64,000 nucleotides of DNA from Cladosporium halotolerans (Eukaryota). Numbering within the stretch: the stretch's first letter is position 1; the number at the start of each line of letters is the position of its first letter. The position numbers and the translations under genes were made by a program. The notes below the pieces were generated by a model. The model had not been told where the DNA came from. It ran no database searches and worked only from the letters and a program-made list of their open reading frames with translations. Location: positions 682,001-746,000 of the forward strand of contig NW_027191458.1 of NCBI RefSeq assembly GCF_011745625.1. Reading direction: 5' to 3'. This document shows, piece after piece, positions 24,391-36,177 of this stretch.

Positions 24391-27300
24391 ATGGCATCCA
24401 GTGCGCCTCGCAAGCCGCCCACGTCAACACAAGCAGAAGTGGTGCTACTGCCCAGCCTCAAGAATTGCCTGCTCAATCTGCCCTCGACACTGGTGAACGC
24501 GCTGTTGAACTCCAATGCCGTCGTGCAGAATGTCGTTGTAGAGCTTAGCTTTCGAGCTGCCGCGGGAAGCGATGGGAAGCCGGGGAAGCAGCAGTCTGTC
24601 TTTCTAGGATGGACGGGTATGCGTTCGCAGACGCGCAGGGCGGGCCCGAGAGGCGACGCAGAGGTCGCGGCCGTGGAGGTTGATGGGACGTTTGGTCGAT
24701 TGATTGGACTTCGGGAAGGCATGAAGGTGCGTTGTCTTCTTTCTTCCCTTTGGCCCTCTGTCCCATCAGATCATCCTCCAAATGATTGGTGGCAAGGCGG
24801 AGACATGATTGGCTGATCGGGTGAGGTAGTAGGTTGCTGTTTCGCTACATGTAGACCCGCCATTGGCACATACAGTCAACATTGAGCCATTGACGCCGAC
24901 TGATTGGGAGAGTATGTTGGATGCATGAAAGTTCCCTTCGCAAATGGCCCGTTTCCTAACCTGTTCACAGTCATCGAGTTGCACGCGCGCTTTCTGGAAA
25001 TGAACTTCATATCGCAAGTGCGGGCACTTCCTAATCCAACAGCTGGCCAATCGCATCCCATAACACTTCACTTGTCGCCCACGTCGACAGCTAGCATAAT
25101 CGTCACGTCTCTGTCACCAGGAGCACCCGCCACGCAGCCATTTGCTAAGCTAGCCCCCGATGCGGAAGTCATCGTAGCACCCAAGACCAGGCAATCAGCA
25201 AGGCATTCCAGCTCTCGCGACAGCAGAAGTGTCACTAGCCGACGGAGTGCAAGTGGTAGGAGTGAACGACACCGCAGTGCCCACGATGAGGAGAAGGCAC
25301 GGCCGCCTTTGTTCCTTCGCGGAGTCACGAGAGCTCTTGGCAACGAGTGGTTCGAAGTCGATGGCAAGCAAGGAGAGGACGACGGCTTTGCCGATGAAGG
25401 CCTGAAAATCTGGGTTGATCAAGAGCATCTGATGTCGAAGACTTTACGGGGCGTGACATGGGTCGCAGTATCCGTGATGAAGCCCGCTGGGCTGCAAGAA
25501 GCTCAGGACCCGCAGGCCCAGCCGACTGTGGAGCCATTGCCAGCGTCGAAAGTCGTAGCTAAGCTGTGTGCATGGGAAGATGCCCCAGACTCTCAGCACG
25601 TGGTGCTATCGAGCCTTCTTTGCAATGTGTTGGCCTCGCCTGGCATTGTTGGTGGTATTGTACGCGTTGAGCCTGCACCATCGCCATTGCCTAAAACAGC
25701 TTCGGCACTCAAGGAGCCATCTCAAGGAGCCAGCAAAGACGCGATTGTGAAGAGGCTGCGCGTGACACCCTACGCTGCAATCGAGAAAGCGGCTGGCTTC
25801 CAGTTCGGCGGAGAGTCGAAAGCAGAGAAGGAGCAGGCAGTCCAAAAGATTGGGTCGATCTTCGGCAAGACGTTGTTCTCCGGTCCTATCACGGACGGCA
25901 TGCTGCTTCCGGCAACAACAGAATGGCCCGGTGGCGTGCTCGATTTCGAACCACCTCCTCCTGGTGATCCATCCAAGCCTAGGATAAACTGGCTATCTGG
26001 CGCTGACAGGAAACTGGAAATAACCGTGCAACCGGAGACCGCACCACCGAAGGCATCAAAGCCACCTGGCGAACCTCTACCAGACACCGTGCCTAACATG
26101 GTTGCTGTAAAAGCAACCCTTGACAAGACCCGCACGAGCTTGCTGAACCTTTCCTCCGTGTTGCTCACAGGCGGATTAGGATCCGGCAAGACATCAGCGG
26201 CGCAGCTCCTTGCCCACGAAATGCGGAATCAGTACCTGTTCAACGTGATCTATGTTCCCTGCCGATCGTTAGTGTCCGAGGAGACTCGCGTCAAAACAAT
26301 TAAAGACAACCTGCAACGAGTATTCGCATCCGCTGCATGGGGTGCTCGTTTGGGCGGTCGAGCTGTTGTGGTTTTGGACGATTTGGACCGTCTCTGCCCC
26401 ATTGAAACGGAACTACAGGTTGACGCCAATGGTCGGAGCAGGCAGGTCAGCGAGCTGCTCTGTTCCGTGGTGCGCGAATTCTGCAACAGCGACACTGGAG
26501 TGGTTCTCCTGGCGACTGCGCAAAGCAAAGAGGCGCTACACAACTATATCATAGGAAGCCACATGGTCCGGGATATTATTGCTCTGAAGGCTCCTGACAA
26601 GGACGGCAGGAGGCAGGTGCTTGATCTACTTATTAAGGAGAGCAAAGGGGCCATGAATCAAGACCAGCAAAACGACCCGCGTAACGGAGATGCTGCCAAT
26701 GAATGGATGGAAGAGTCTCGTACACCTTCACACGAAGTTCTTGATGGCCCTGCGCCCGAAGAAGACGAAGATATCGGGGTCGACACGCTTGATCTCGCTG
26801 GCCAGACGGACGGATACATGCCTGGAGATCTAGCGACCCTCGTTTCGCGAACGCGAAGTGAAGCTCTCATCCGCGCTGTCGGGGAAGACTCTCCGGACTC
26901 ATCGATAGCGCTCACTGCGGCCGATTTTGCGGCGGCTCTGAAAGGCTTCACGCCTGCTTCTCTTAGAGGTGTCACTCTGCAAGCGTCTACTACGACATTT
27001 GCGGCCATTGGCGGATTGACGGAAACACGCAAAACCCTTCTCGAGACGCTTCAGTACCCCACGACATATGCACCCTTGTTCGCGAAATGCCCCTTACGGC
27101 TAAGGTCAGGTCTTCTGCTTTATGGGTATCCTGGATGCGGTAAGACATTGCTAGCATCTGCTGTAGCAGGCGAATGCGGACTCAACTTCATATCCGTCAA
27201 GGGCCCTGAGATCTTGAACAAGTACATTGGAGCTTCGGAAAAAAGTGTGCGAGACCTGTTCGAGCGTGCCGAAGCAGCGAAGCCTTGCGTGCTCTTCTTC

Positions 27301-28158
27301 GACGAGTTTGACTCCATCGCTCCTAAACGTGGTCATGACAGTACTGGTGTGACCGACCGTGTTGTCAACATGCTTCTGACAATGATGGACGGTGCCGAGG
27401 GCTTGAGCGGAGTCTACGTGCTCGCCGCTACAAGCAGACCCGATCTCATTGACCCCGCGCTCCTGCGTCCTGGACGTCTGGACAAGAGCTTGATGTGCGA
27501 CATGCCGAACGAAGAGGACCGTCTCGACATTCTCCGAGCCGTGAGCGAGAAGCTGAAAGTCGACGAGCACGTCGTGCGTGCAGAAGGCAGCCAGACGCTG
27601 CGGGAAGTCGCACGCAAGACGCAGGGTTACTCAGGCGCAGACTTGCAAGCGGTGATCTACAACGCGCACCTGGAAGCCATTCACGATATCCTAGGTCCAA
27701 ACGACATCTCGACGAACGAACCAGAAACCAACGAAGCCGACCGTCAGCGAAAGTCCAAGCACACCGACTTCACCTACTTCCGCCTCGGCGAGATCGACTC
27801 TATCCACCAACAGCCCTCTGCCATCGCCGCCGAGCGCGCTCAGATCGCGACAAAACTCGCGGCCATGCAGCTCGCACGCCGCAAGGCCAAAGAAGAGCGG
27901 CGCGCGTCGCAGAACCGGCCCTCGTCGTCCGCTGGCCAAAATGGACCGGTCAATGGCACGGATGGGTCCGATCACGCCGAGCCCGTCATCCGATGGCAGC
28001 ATCTAGCGAAGAGTCTGGGCACGACTCGCGCGTCGCTCAGCTCGCAGGAGTACAACCGGCTGTTGAAGATCTACAACGAGTTTGTCGTCGGCCGCAACGG
28101 CGAGATGTCGGACGGACAGGGGAGTAACGAGGTTGGCGGCCGGACGAGCTTGATGTAA
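24391..28158 (+). CDS. PEX1: Peroxisomal AAA ATPase Pex1
   Basis: LKNCLLNLP, EPLTPTDWEIIELHA, two AAA domains (GGLGSGKT; YGYPGCGKT, FFDEFDSIAPKRGHDSTGVTDRVVN); introns 24727-24832, 24912-24970. Confidence 0.96.
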
Positions 28159-28310
28159 AACCACCCGCGCTTCGACGATTGTAAAACAAGAGAAATGGAA
28201 GACATCTTGGAATAATCCATATTTTACCATTCATTATCCTAACACAAAAGCCGAAAAATAGGTATCATCGTAACCTCGTATCATCCCAGGAATCCAATCA
28301 ATGTAACCTT

Positions 28311-28632
28311 TTACTTCATGTTGGCGCCAGTAGCGTCAGGCTTCGACGAGACGGCCTCGCCCTTGATGCCCTGAGTGCCGGGGTTGTTGCTGCTGGGGTC
28401 CTGGCCGACGTTGGTGGCGCCAGAGTCAGACGCGACGGGAGCCTCGCCGGGGCGGTGGCCCTCGGTGTGGCCGGGGGCGTTGGAGGCGCCGTGGCCCTGC
28501 TTCTCGGCCTGCTGCTTCTGGAACTTCTCGGAGGCGCCGGCACCGCCACTAGAGATTGTGTTAGTATAGTTGTTTTTGGAGGGTCGATTAGGTGAATGGG
28601 GAGACGAACGGGGTCTTGGAGTGGTTGGTCAT
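28311..28632 (-). CDS. Small Gly-rich hydrophilic (hydrophilin-like) protein, 86 aa
   Basis: AAAAATG context; exon 28610-28632, intron 28549-28609 (GTTCGT..ACTAAC..TAG), exon 28311-28548; strongly C/G-ending codons. Confidence 0.75.
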
Positions 28633-29481
28633 TTTTGCGGAGGTGTGGTGTGTATGTGGGTTTGGTTTGTGTCTTGGAGTTGAATCGTTCGAGTGTAAGT
28701 TGGAGTAGCAAGTCTGCAATTGCCGGTCTACAGAAAAATATTTATTTCCAGTCGCAAGACGGCTTGCCTTCGTGGGGCTCGTGTGATGCATCGATGGATC
28801 GTCAGGAACCCCGCCAGAAGCGCGAATGATGCGTGCTGAACGTCACGGCAACGAGTGACGTCTTCGATGGAAAATGCGACTCGCCATAATCCTCCGATTA
28901 TCGATGAACTCGACGCGATGACACGATTCTGATGTTAGATCGTCAGTGGTCGTGTCGCGGATAAAGTGCCTTTGCTCAGATGATTTGGGCTTTTCATGCT
29001 GGGAATCAAATTGGAGCACCTGGATGTGGAAATTGTGATGTCGTTCGTTCTATTTCACTCGAGGTCTATATCTTCGTGTGACTTCCCTCAAAATGCCGTG
29101 ATATGTTCGACTTTACATGTTTGCGTGGGGCATTCCAGTATCTTCTGTTTTCTTTGGGTTTTCCATCCAAAATTTCTCGGTCTCCCATGCTTGCTGAATG
29201 GTCGAGGCTCGAGCTTCGCGACCTCGACAATACGATCCCTTTATAGCAAAGCGCCTGTTCTCGCAGGACTTCAATGGTAAAGACAGTAAAAAACAAGAGA
29301 GAAATGTAGCTTTTGCAATGCTCATACAAGCTAGGAGCCTTCCAACGTCCATGAATCTTAGACCTGTGCCCGGACGTTAGCAGCAAGCGTTTCGTTGCGC
29401 TCGTTTGCAATGCTGATACTTGCTGCTGCACCAAATCAGCTGTTGAATCGACCGTGAAATGATGCTCGATCCCTCACCTGC

Positions 29482-30585
29482 TCAAGAACGGCCGCCCTCA
29501 TCGTCACCGTCATATCCGCTGTCCGGCTCCAGGGAAAGCTGCTGAAGCTTGCGTTGCGCTTCCAGCATCCAATCGACAGCCTCACGCGGATGAAACCTGA
29601 CCATCGACCTCAGCTCGACCTCCGGCGCAGACGCCTTGTAGTTATCCGGTATCGGCAGAGGCACGCTGGGGAACCCGGACCAATCGCAGGAAATCGTACG
29701 CCGAATGCGCGAGCGCGCAGCCTTCTTCACGAACTTCTCTTTCGGCCGCGTCACGATCGACTGGAAGACAGTCTCCAGCAGGCCGACGTTGTTGTACAGC
29801 GTCTGGACCTCCGCCTCCGAGCGCGTGAAGATGAAGGGCTCGCGAAGCGCGAGCGTCGCGGTCTTCACGCCGCTGAGCGGCTGTATGTCGAGGCTCCAGG
29901 AGGCCTGGTGCAACCTTGGGATGGTCCAGGCGTCGAACCAGACGACGCAGTCGAAGGGCACGGCTTCGATGTCGAAGACGCGCTCGGCCTCCCAGGAGTG
30001 AATGTCGACGTGCAGGGTGAGGAGCAGGGGACAGCGCTCGGCGATTGTGTCGGCCTCGCGGGTTAAGGTGAGGAAGTCGACCGTGAGTGTGGCGATGTAG
30101 TTGAGGCCGAGTATGTTGGGTCTGGGCTTGAAGTGCAAGATGTCAAAGAGGTTCCAGCATGCGTTGCACTCGTAGTGTATGGAGGAGAAGTATGATGCGA
30201 TCGATTCATGCAGCCAGGTCTTGCTGACGAGGAACTTGGAGATGCCGAAGGTGAAGGTCCGGGCCTTTGGAATACTGTTAGCCTTGGAGTTGCTAAAGGA
30301 AAGTATGCCTTGGTTCATTCGTGGCGGCACCTGCTCTCCACAACCACTTACCGTATATTGCCTGCCTTCGTTTCTAGCAGTGATGCGCCTGTGCAGCTCT
30401 GCTGCATCCCATCTGCACTTCAAAACGAGGCGGACCGGTCCGTTTTCCTGGTAGGACATTACTAGAATCATGTCGCGCACCTCTCGTGGCAACTTCCACC
30501 ACATGCATTTACCACTCAGGGGTGCGACGCTCGGGTCATTCATTTTCGATGGCGACGGCCAAATCAGTTCGCGGATAGTATTCAT
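29482..30585 (-). CDS. Hypothetical protein with F-box-like N-terminal motif
   Basis: WWKLPREVRDMIL motif; probable in-frame intron 30265-30351 (GTAAGT..GCTAAC..AAG). Confidence 0.6.
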   Translation of the reverse strand: MNTIRELIWPSPSKMNDPSVAPLSGKCMWWKLPREVRDMILVMSYQENGPVRLVLKCRWDAAELHRRITARNEGRQYTVSGCGEQVPPRMNQGILSFSNSKANSIPKARTFTFGISKFLVSKTWLHESIASYFSSIHYECNACWNLFDILHFKPRPNILGLNYIATLTVDFLTLTREADTIAERCPLLLTLHVDIHSWEAERVFDIEAVPFDCVVWFDAWTIPRLHQASWSLDIQPLSGVKTATLALREPFIFTRSEAEVQTLYNNVGLLETVFQSIVTRPKEKFVKKAARSRIRRTISCDWSGFPSVPLPIPDNYKASAPEVELRSMVRFHPREAVDWMLEAQRKLQQLSLEPDSGYDGDDEGGRS

Positions 30586-31493
30586 TGTGTAGTTCCCTTC
30601 GTCGACAGTTGGGAGTCGATACGATGGGCTTGATGCTGCTATGGACGTTGGCCTAGAAGGGAGTGGATAAATGGCGATTAGTACGATGATTCGAAGATTT
30701 GATCGATCAATGTCAGTGTCAGTGAAGCACAGGGAGAGATCGATCCAGCGATGGCGCGGATGGGATCTGAGAAAAAGTTGCGGTGCCAGAGCGGGTTTTT
30801 AACACTGGGCGTGGAAAGCTTATTGCATGCGATGAGGGTAAGCAGATATGCCTTCCCGATGCAGATGCAGCAGGCACGAGAGTATGAGCTTTGGTGCCCA
30901 AGATCGCGGCGATAACATCGCAAATGGGTTTATCATGGAGGACAGTGCCGGCGCGTGATTGGCATGTGGATGAGTCGCGCTGAAAGTGTGATTAATCCTG
31001 GAGATCTAGGCTGAGGCAAACAATTCCTGGATTCTGGATTCTATTGATAAGTTATGATGATCCTTGTGCTCTCAGACGTTATCAAAGATTCGATGTGAAT
31101 CTAATTGGCGTTGTCAGATCGGATGTCCTCGAGTCTGTCTTCCCGATTCCAGTAGGTTTGCTGACTCATCGTTCGGGAAGTGAATTCCAGGACCCTGAGT
31201 CTCGTCAGCCGTTCGGAGGCATTGATACAATCTCATCAATGAACATTGTCATGGCTCAGTATTTTGTGTAGCTATCGCATACGTACAATTACATGACCCG
31301 GACTCTTGCCCAGCCTGGCAGTTGACTGGACGAAACATTATAAAAGCCCCTTCCAACACCTCGCTGTAATTGATTGGAAGCCCCTGTTTACCCACCGGCC
31401 TTTTCTCCCGTGATTTTCGAACATGGAATTGATCCCTTCTGGAGCTCGCTGGATATCGTTGGATTGTACGAAGATGCTGTGCAAGTCTCTGAC

Positions 31494-32523
31494 TTACTCG
31501 TCCTGAGGATACAGGTGGTTGGCGAGAAGTTTGTTCATGGTGAACATGTGCACCTTGTCTTGCTTGAAGACCGCGTGCATCGCGTCATCGCAACGAATCT
31601 GTCGCTTGTCGTTGGGATCCTGTAGGTCGCGCTCTTTGACATAAGCCCAGATTTGCTTCACGGTCTGTGGTCGTGAGAGAGCCGGTTGGCCGAGCATCGC
31701 TGCCAGCGGCTCGGAGAGATTCATGAGTTTCTGCCTCGGTGTTAGTTCCGTCAAGATGCCAGAGGATGTGAAAGGACAGCCTTACGTGGAACCCTCCTTT
31801 CTTCTCCTTTTCCGGCTTCTCTTCCCCACTCGCAAGATCACTGTCATCGGCAGCACTGATCTTGGTCGAGCTCTTCTTCTTAGGCTTCTTGGCTTGCTTG
31901 GCGGCCGGCTTCTTCTTTGTCGCTCCTCCGCCGCGTGTTGCCCGTGTCTGACTGTTGATCTCCGCCTGCAGATTCCGCGCAAATGCCTCATCGTCCTCTG
32001 CTTCAGGCTTCGTCTTCTTCTTTACCTTCTTGGGAGGAGGTGAATCGACCACGTCGCTCAAGTCGCTCTCGTCGCCTCCGCTGCCCGCCTTCCTCTTTTT
32101 GGGTGATGTCTCCTCGTCATCGTCATGTGCTGCGCCGTTCGCTGTGGGCGCGGGTTCCGGCGCGGCCGTGGCTTGTTCGTTCTGGACTTTGTCGAAGCGC
32201 TCCATGATCAACTCTTTGATCGCATCCTTGAAATGTGTTAGCAAGGCCTTCCCATGTGTGCCATTGGCGACAGCCGAACCTTTTGCGGTGTGAGATCGTA
32301 GTCCACGCGCTCTTGCAAGCCATTGCGAATGCGCTTCGCGGAGATAGTCTCCAGGTCGGACTTTGCGAGGATCTCGTCGATGATGGCAGCATAGGAAGCG
32401 CGCTGCTCAGCAGGGACTTGTCGAGGGTCATCAGCTTTGGTTCGCGAAAAGATAGTGTGTGCACAAGAGACGCGCGATGTGGCAGGCGCGACGTCTCGGA
32501 GGCAACTCACGCTCGGAGGCCAT
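31494..32523 (-). CDS. DEK-C plus SWIB/MDM2 domain protein (Uaf30/Tri1/Spp27-like)
   Basis: IDEILAKSDLETISAKRIR, KGGFHK, LSRPQTVKQIWAYVKERDLQDPNDKRQIRCDD; introns 32417-32510, 32227-32279, about 31730-31785. Confidence 0.9.
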
Positions 32524-33216
32524 GGTGCAGCTGATGTGCGATAGGCAAAATGAGAGATTGGTGATAGGATTGGAGTGAATACTCAGGCGGAGGAAGGGTC
32601 TAAGAGCCCTTTGCCTTAGTTGCGGCGCTCAATGGGCTTTTCGCGCGCGCGAACCGTCTGTTGCAGTCCGCGGTATGATGTACGTCCGAGCGCGGGTGAA
32701 GATGCCGAGCTGGACTTGAGCGAGACGGTTCAGATGCGACAGCTGATGTGGGCGGCGTGTGGCTGAACAATACACTCGTGACGTAGTGTTGGGTTTGCTT
32801 GTGGGTGTTGATCACCAGTCACGGGCAGGTGTTTCGTCAACGCATGTGCAGGCGAGTCGCTGGCGCAGCACGTGCGATCGCCTCACGAGCCGCCCGGTAT
32901 AAGGTAGACGGCCAGCCGCCAGCTCGGGGCCTCAGCGGCCCAGGCGACCGCGGGCCATCCCGATGTCACCCGCCCGCCTGCCCGTCTCTCCCGACCCCGC
33001 ACGCTTCCTCTCGCTTCTTGGCCGTGGAAGCCTTGTCGCCTGAGGCTCTCCATCAATCAGGCCCCACCGCAAAATTGGCACACGCTCCAACGCACAGCGA
33101 GCCAACGGCGCCGGTGTGACCGCGAGAAGATTGAGGAGATTCCGGACCACCACCACCGTCGCAGCCAACCCACGCCCACAAATCTCGTCTACGCGCCGAC
33201 GAGACTCACACACAAA

Positions 33217-35560
33217 ATGGCGCCCTCATTCGAAAACCTCGACCCCGAGCAGGCCGAGTACGACGGCGAGGAGGAAATTGACTTCTCTGGTATGCGGATG
33301 ACAACCCGTGCGACGGATGCGCGGCGAAACAGCGATGCTGACAACCTGCAGATCTCCGCGAACAGTATGAGGTCCGCATGGAGGAGGGTCTCGACACCTT
33401 CGTGGTGATCGATGGCCTGCCTAAGGTCCCCGAAGAGAGCAGGCCCAAGCTCATCAAGTTCTTGTTGCGCAAGCTCACCACCGCCGGCAAGACCAAGGAG
33501 GACAACGTCTTCATGCCCATGGACGAGGCTACCGGCCAGACTGGAGGATACGCTTTCGTCGAATATGAGACTTCCGCCCAGGCTGTCGCCGCAGTCAAGG
33601 CCCTGAACGGAACCCCTCTCGACAAGAAGCACACGATCGCCGTCAACAAGCTCACCGACATCGAGCGCTACGGCAGGGAGGGTCGCATCGACGAGGACTA
33701 CAAGGAGCCGGAGATTGCGCCTTTCGAGGAGAAGGAGCACTTGCGCTGGTGGCTCGGTGATCACGAAGGCAGGGACCAGTTCGTCATGTACCGCGGTGAG
33801 AACGTTGGCGTTTTCTGGAACGAGAAGGAGGACCAGCCGGATATGGTTGTGGACAGGCAGGCTTGGACCGAGTCTTTCGTTCAGTGGTCGCCCAAGGGAA
33901 CATACCTCACATCTATGCACTCCCAGGGTGTACAACTCTGGGGCGGCCCCAACTGGTCAAGACAGAAGCGTTTCATGCACCCCGGCGTCAACCTTGTCGA
34001 CTTCTCGCCCAACGAGCGCTACCTCACTACCTGGTCTCACCGCCCGATGCAGATCGACGAGGGCCACCCCATTCTCGGCGTAGAGGAGGATGGCAAGAAC
34101 TACATCATCTGGGACATCGCTACAGGCAAGCCTATCCGTTCTTTCGTCACTCTCGACCTCCCCGGCCCTGCTACGGACGCTGAGGGCCAGCCGATCAAGA
34201 AGAAGCTGCAGTGGCCCGCTTTCAAGTGGTCTGCTGACTCCAAGTACGTTGCGCGCATGAACCCTGGCCAGGGTGTGAGCGTATACGAGCTTCCTCGCAT
34301 GAACCTTATGGACAAGACCAGCATTAAGATTGAGGGCATTGTGGACTTCGAGTGGTGCCCCGCTACCCCTCAGAGGGCTGATGTCAAGACCTACGAGCAG
34401 CTCTTCTGCTACTGGACACCCGAGATGGGCAGCAACCCGGCCAAGGTCGGTCTCATGGCCGTCCCCACCAAGGAGGTCGTTCGTACTAGGAACCTTTTCA
34501 ACGTCTCCGACGCCAAGCTTCACTGGCAATCCAACTCCGACTTCCTTTGCGTTAAGGTCGACAGACACAGCAAGAGCAAGAAGAGTCTGGCAACGAACCT
34601 CGAGATCTTCCGCGTCAAGGAGAAGGGCGTGCCCGTCGAAGTCATCGACACCATTAAGGACACCGTCATCAACTTTGCCTGGGAGCCCAAGGGCGACCGT
34701 TTCGTCCTCATCACCGCTGGCGAGGTCCCTGCCGGATCCGCCGTGCCCCCCAAGACTTCCGTCAGCTTCTTCTGCCCCGAAAAGGTGAAGGGTAATGGCG
34801 TTGGTAACTTCAAGCTTATCCGCACCGTCGACAAGAAGAACAACAACGCCATCCACTGGTCGCCCAACGGCCGCTTCGTCATCGTCGCGACCGTCCTCAG
34901 CCAGCAGTCCTACGACCTCGATTTCTACGACTTCGACTTCGAGGGCGACAAAGACGAGAAGGACAAGGACCTGACCGCCAACCTCCAACTCCTCACCTCC
35001 GCCGACCACTACGGTGTGACCGACATTGAGTGGGACCCCTCGGGCCGCTTCGTCGCTACCAGCGCCAGTGTCTGGAAGCACAGAGTAAGCGTTTCTCACC
35101 CACCAAACTCAACCCAAAATGACCGCCCCGCTAAGATAACCCCTCACAGATGGAAAACGGCTACCACCTCTACTCCTTCTCCGGCCAGCTGCTGCGCGAG
35201 GAGCCGATCGAGCAGTTCAAGCAGTTCGTCTGGCGCCCGCGGCCCGAGCGCCTGCTGTCCAAGGAGGAGATGAAGACGGTGCGCAAGAACCTGCGCGAGT
35301 ACTCGCGCCAGTTCGAGGAGGCCGACGTCGCCAAGCGCAGCTCCGCCGACAAGGCCGTCGTCGAGGAGCGCCGCCGCAAGCTCAACGAGTGGCTCGCCTA
35401 CCGCGAGCGCACCGTCGAGGACCTGCTCGAGGACCGCCGCGATCTCGGCCTGCCCGAGGTCAGCGAGGAGCGCGCCGCGCTGCAGGTCGACGACGAGGGC
35501 CAGGTCGTCGAGGAGATTTTCGAGGAGATTCTGGAGGAGAACGAGGAGGTTATCGATTAG
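33217..35560 (+). CDS. PRT1: Translation initiation factor eIF3 subunit b
   Basis: [50 protein letters not shown]; introns 33290-33351, 35085-35149. Confidence 0.97.
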
Positions 35561-36177
35561 ATTTTTAGTGGATGAAGAAAAAGGAAAAGCTTTTTTTTTG
35601 TGACAAGCGGACGCGAGTTTTCTTGTGCCGGCTTGCCCGCACCCGGATGCATGGCGTTTATGTTTGTCTGCGCGGAATGCAACGGTGGGCTTTTGGGGCG
35701 AGGTGGACACGATGCATGAGGTAGTGCGGTTTTCTCCAGAGTGGCTTTTCGCATGCGGAGGGAAAACGTACAGGATGGATGGATAGAGATGCCGGTATGA
35801 AATCTTCGTTTTTATGTATTCATTGTGCGTGCTCGCTCTTTGACAGCAAAAAAGCTGCCCTGAACGTGAGGTCCATTACCGCTGCGGTGATAATTCGATA
35901 CAAGCCTATCTCCCTGCGCCTGGATAAGAGTGCTGTTTCCCTGCCGGATCCTCTACAAGACAAAAGAGAAGTACGCTCTGCGCCACAATGCCCAACGGCA
36001 TCTCAAACAACCGTCGATCAGGTCCAAAACGGCGGCGGCAGCGATGCTCAAGCAGCCACTTCGCGCCATGCATTACAAAGTTGACGAAACTCCACGCTCC
36101 CCGAACAAGGCTCACACTTCCCAACTCCCGATCCCTTCCAACATCGAAGCGAGGCCCCCCTAGCCCCCAACCAACCT

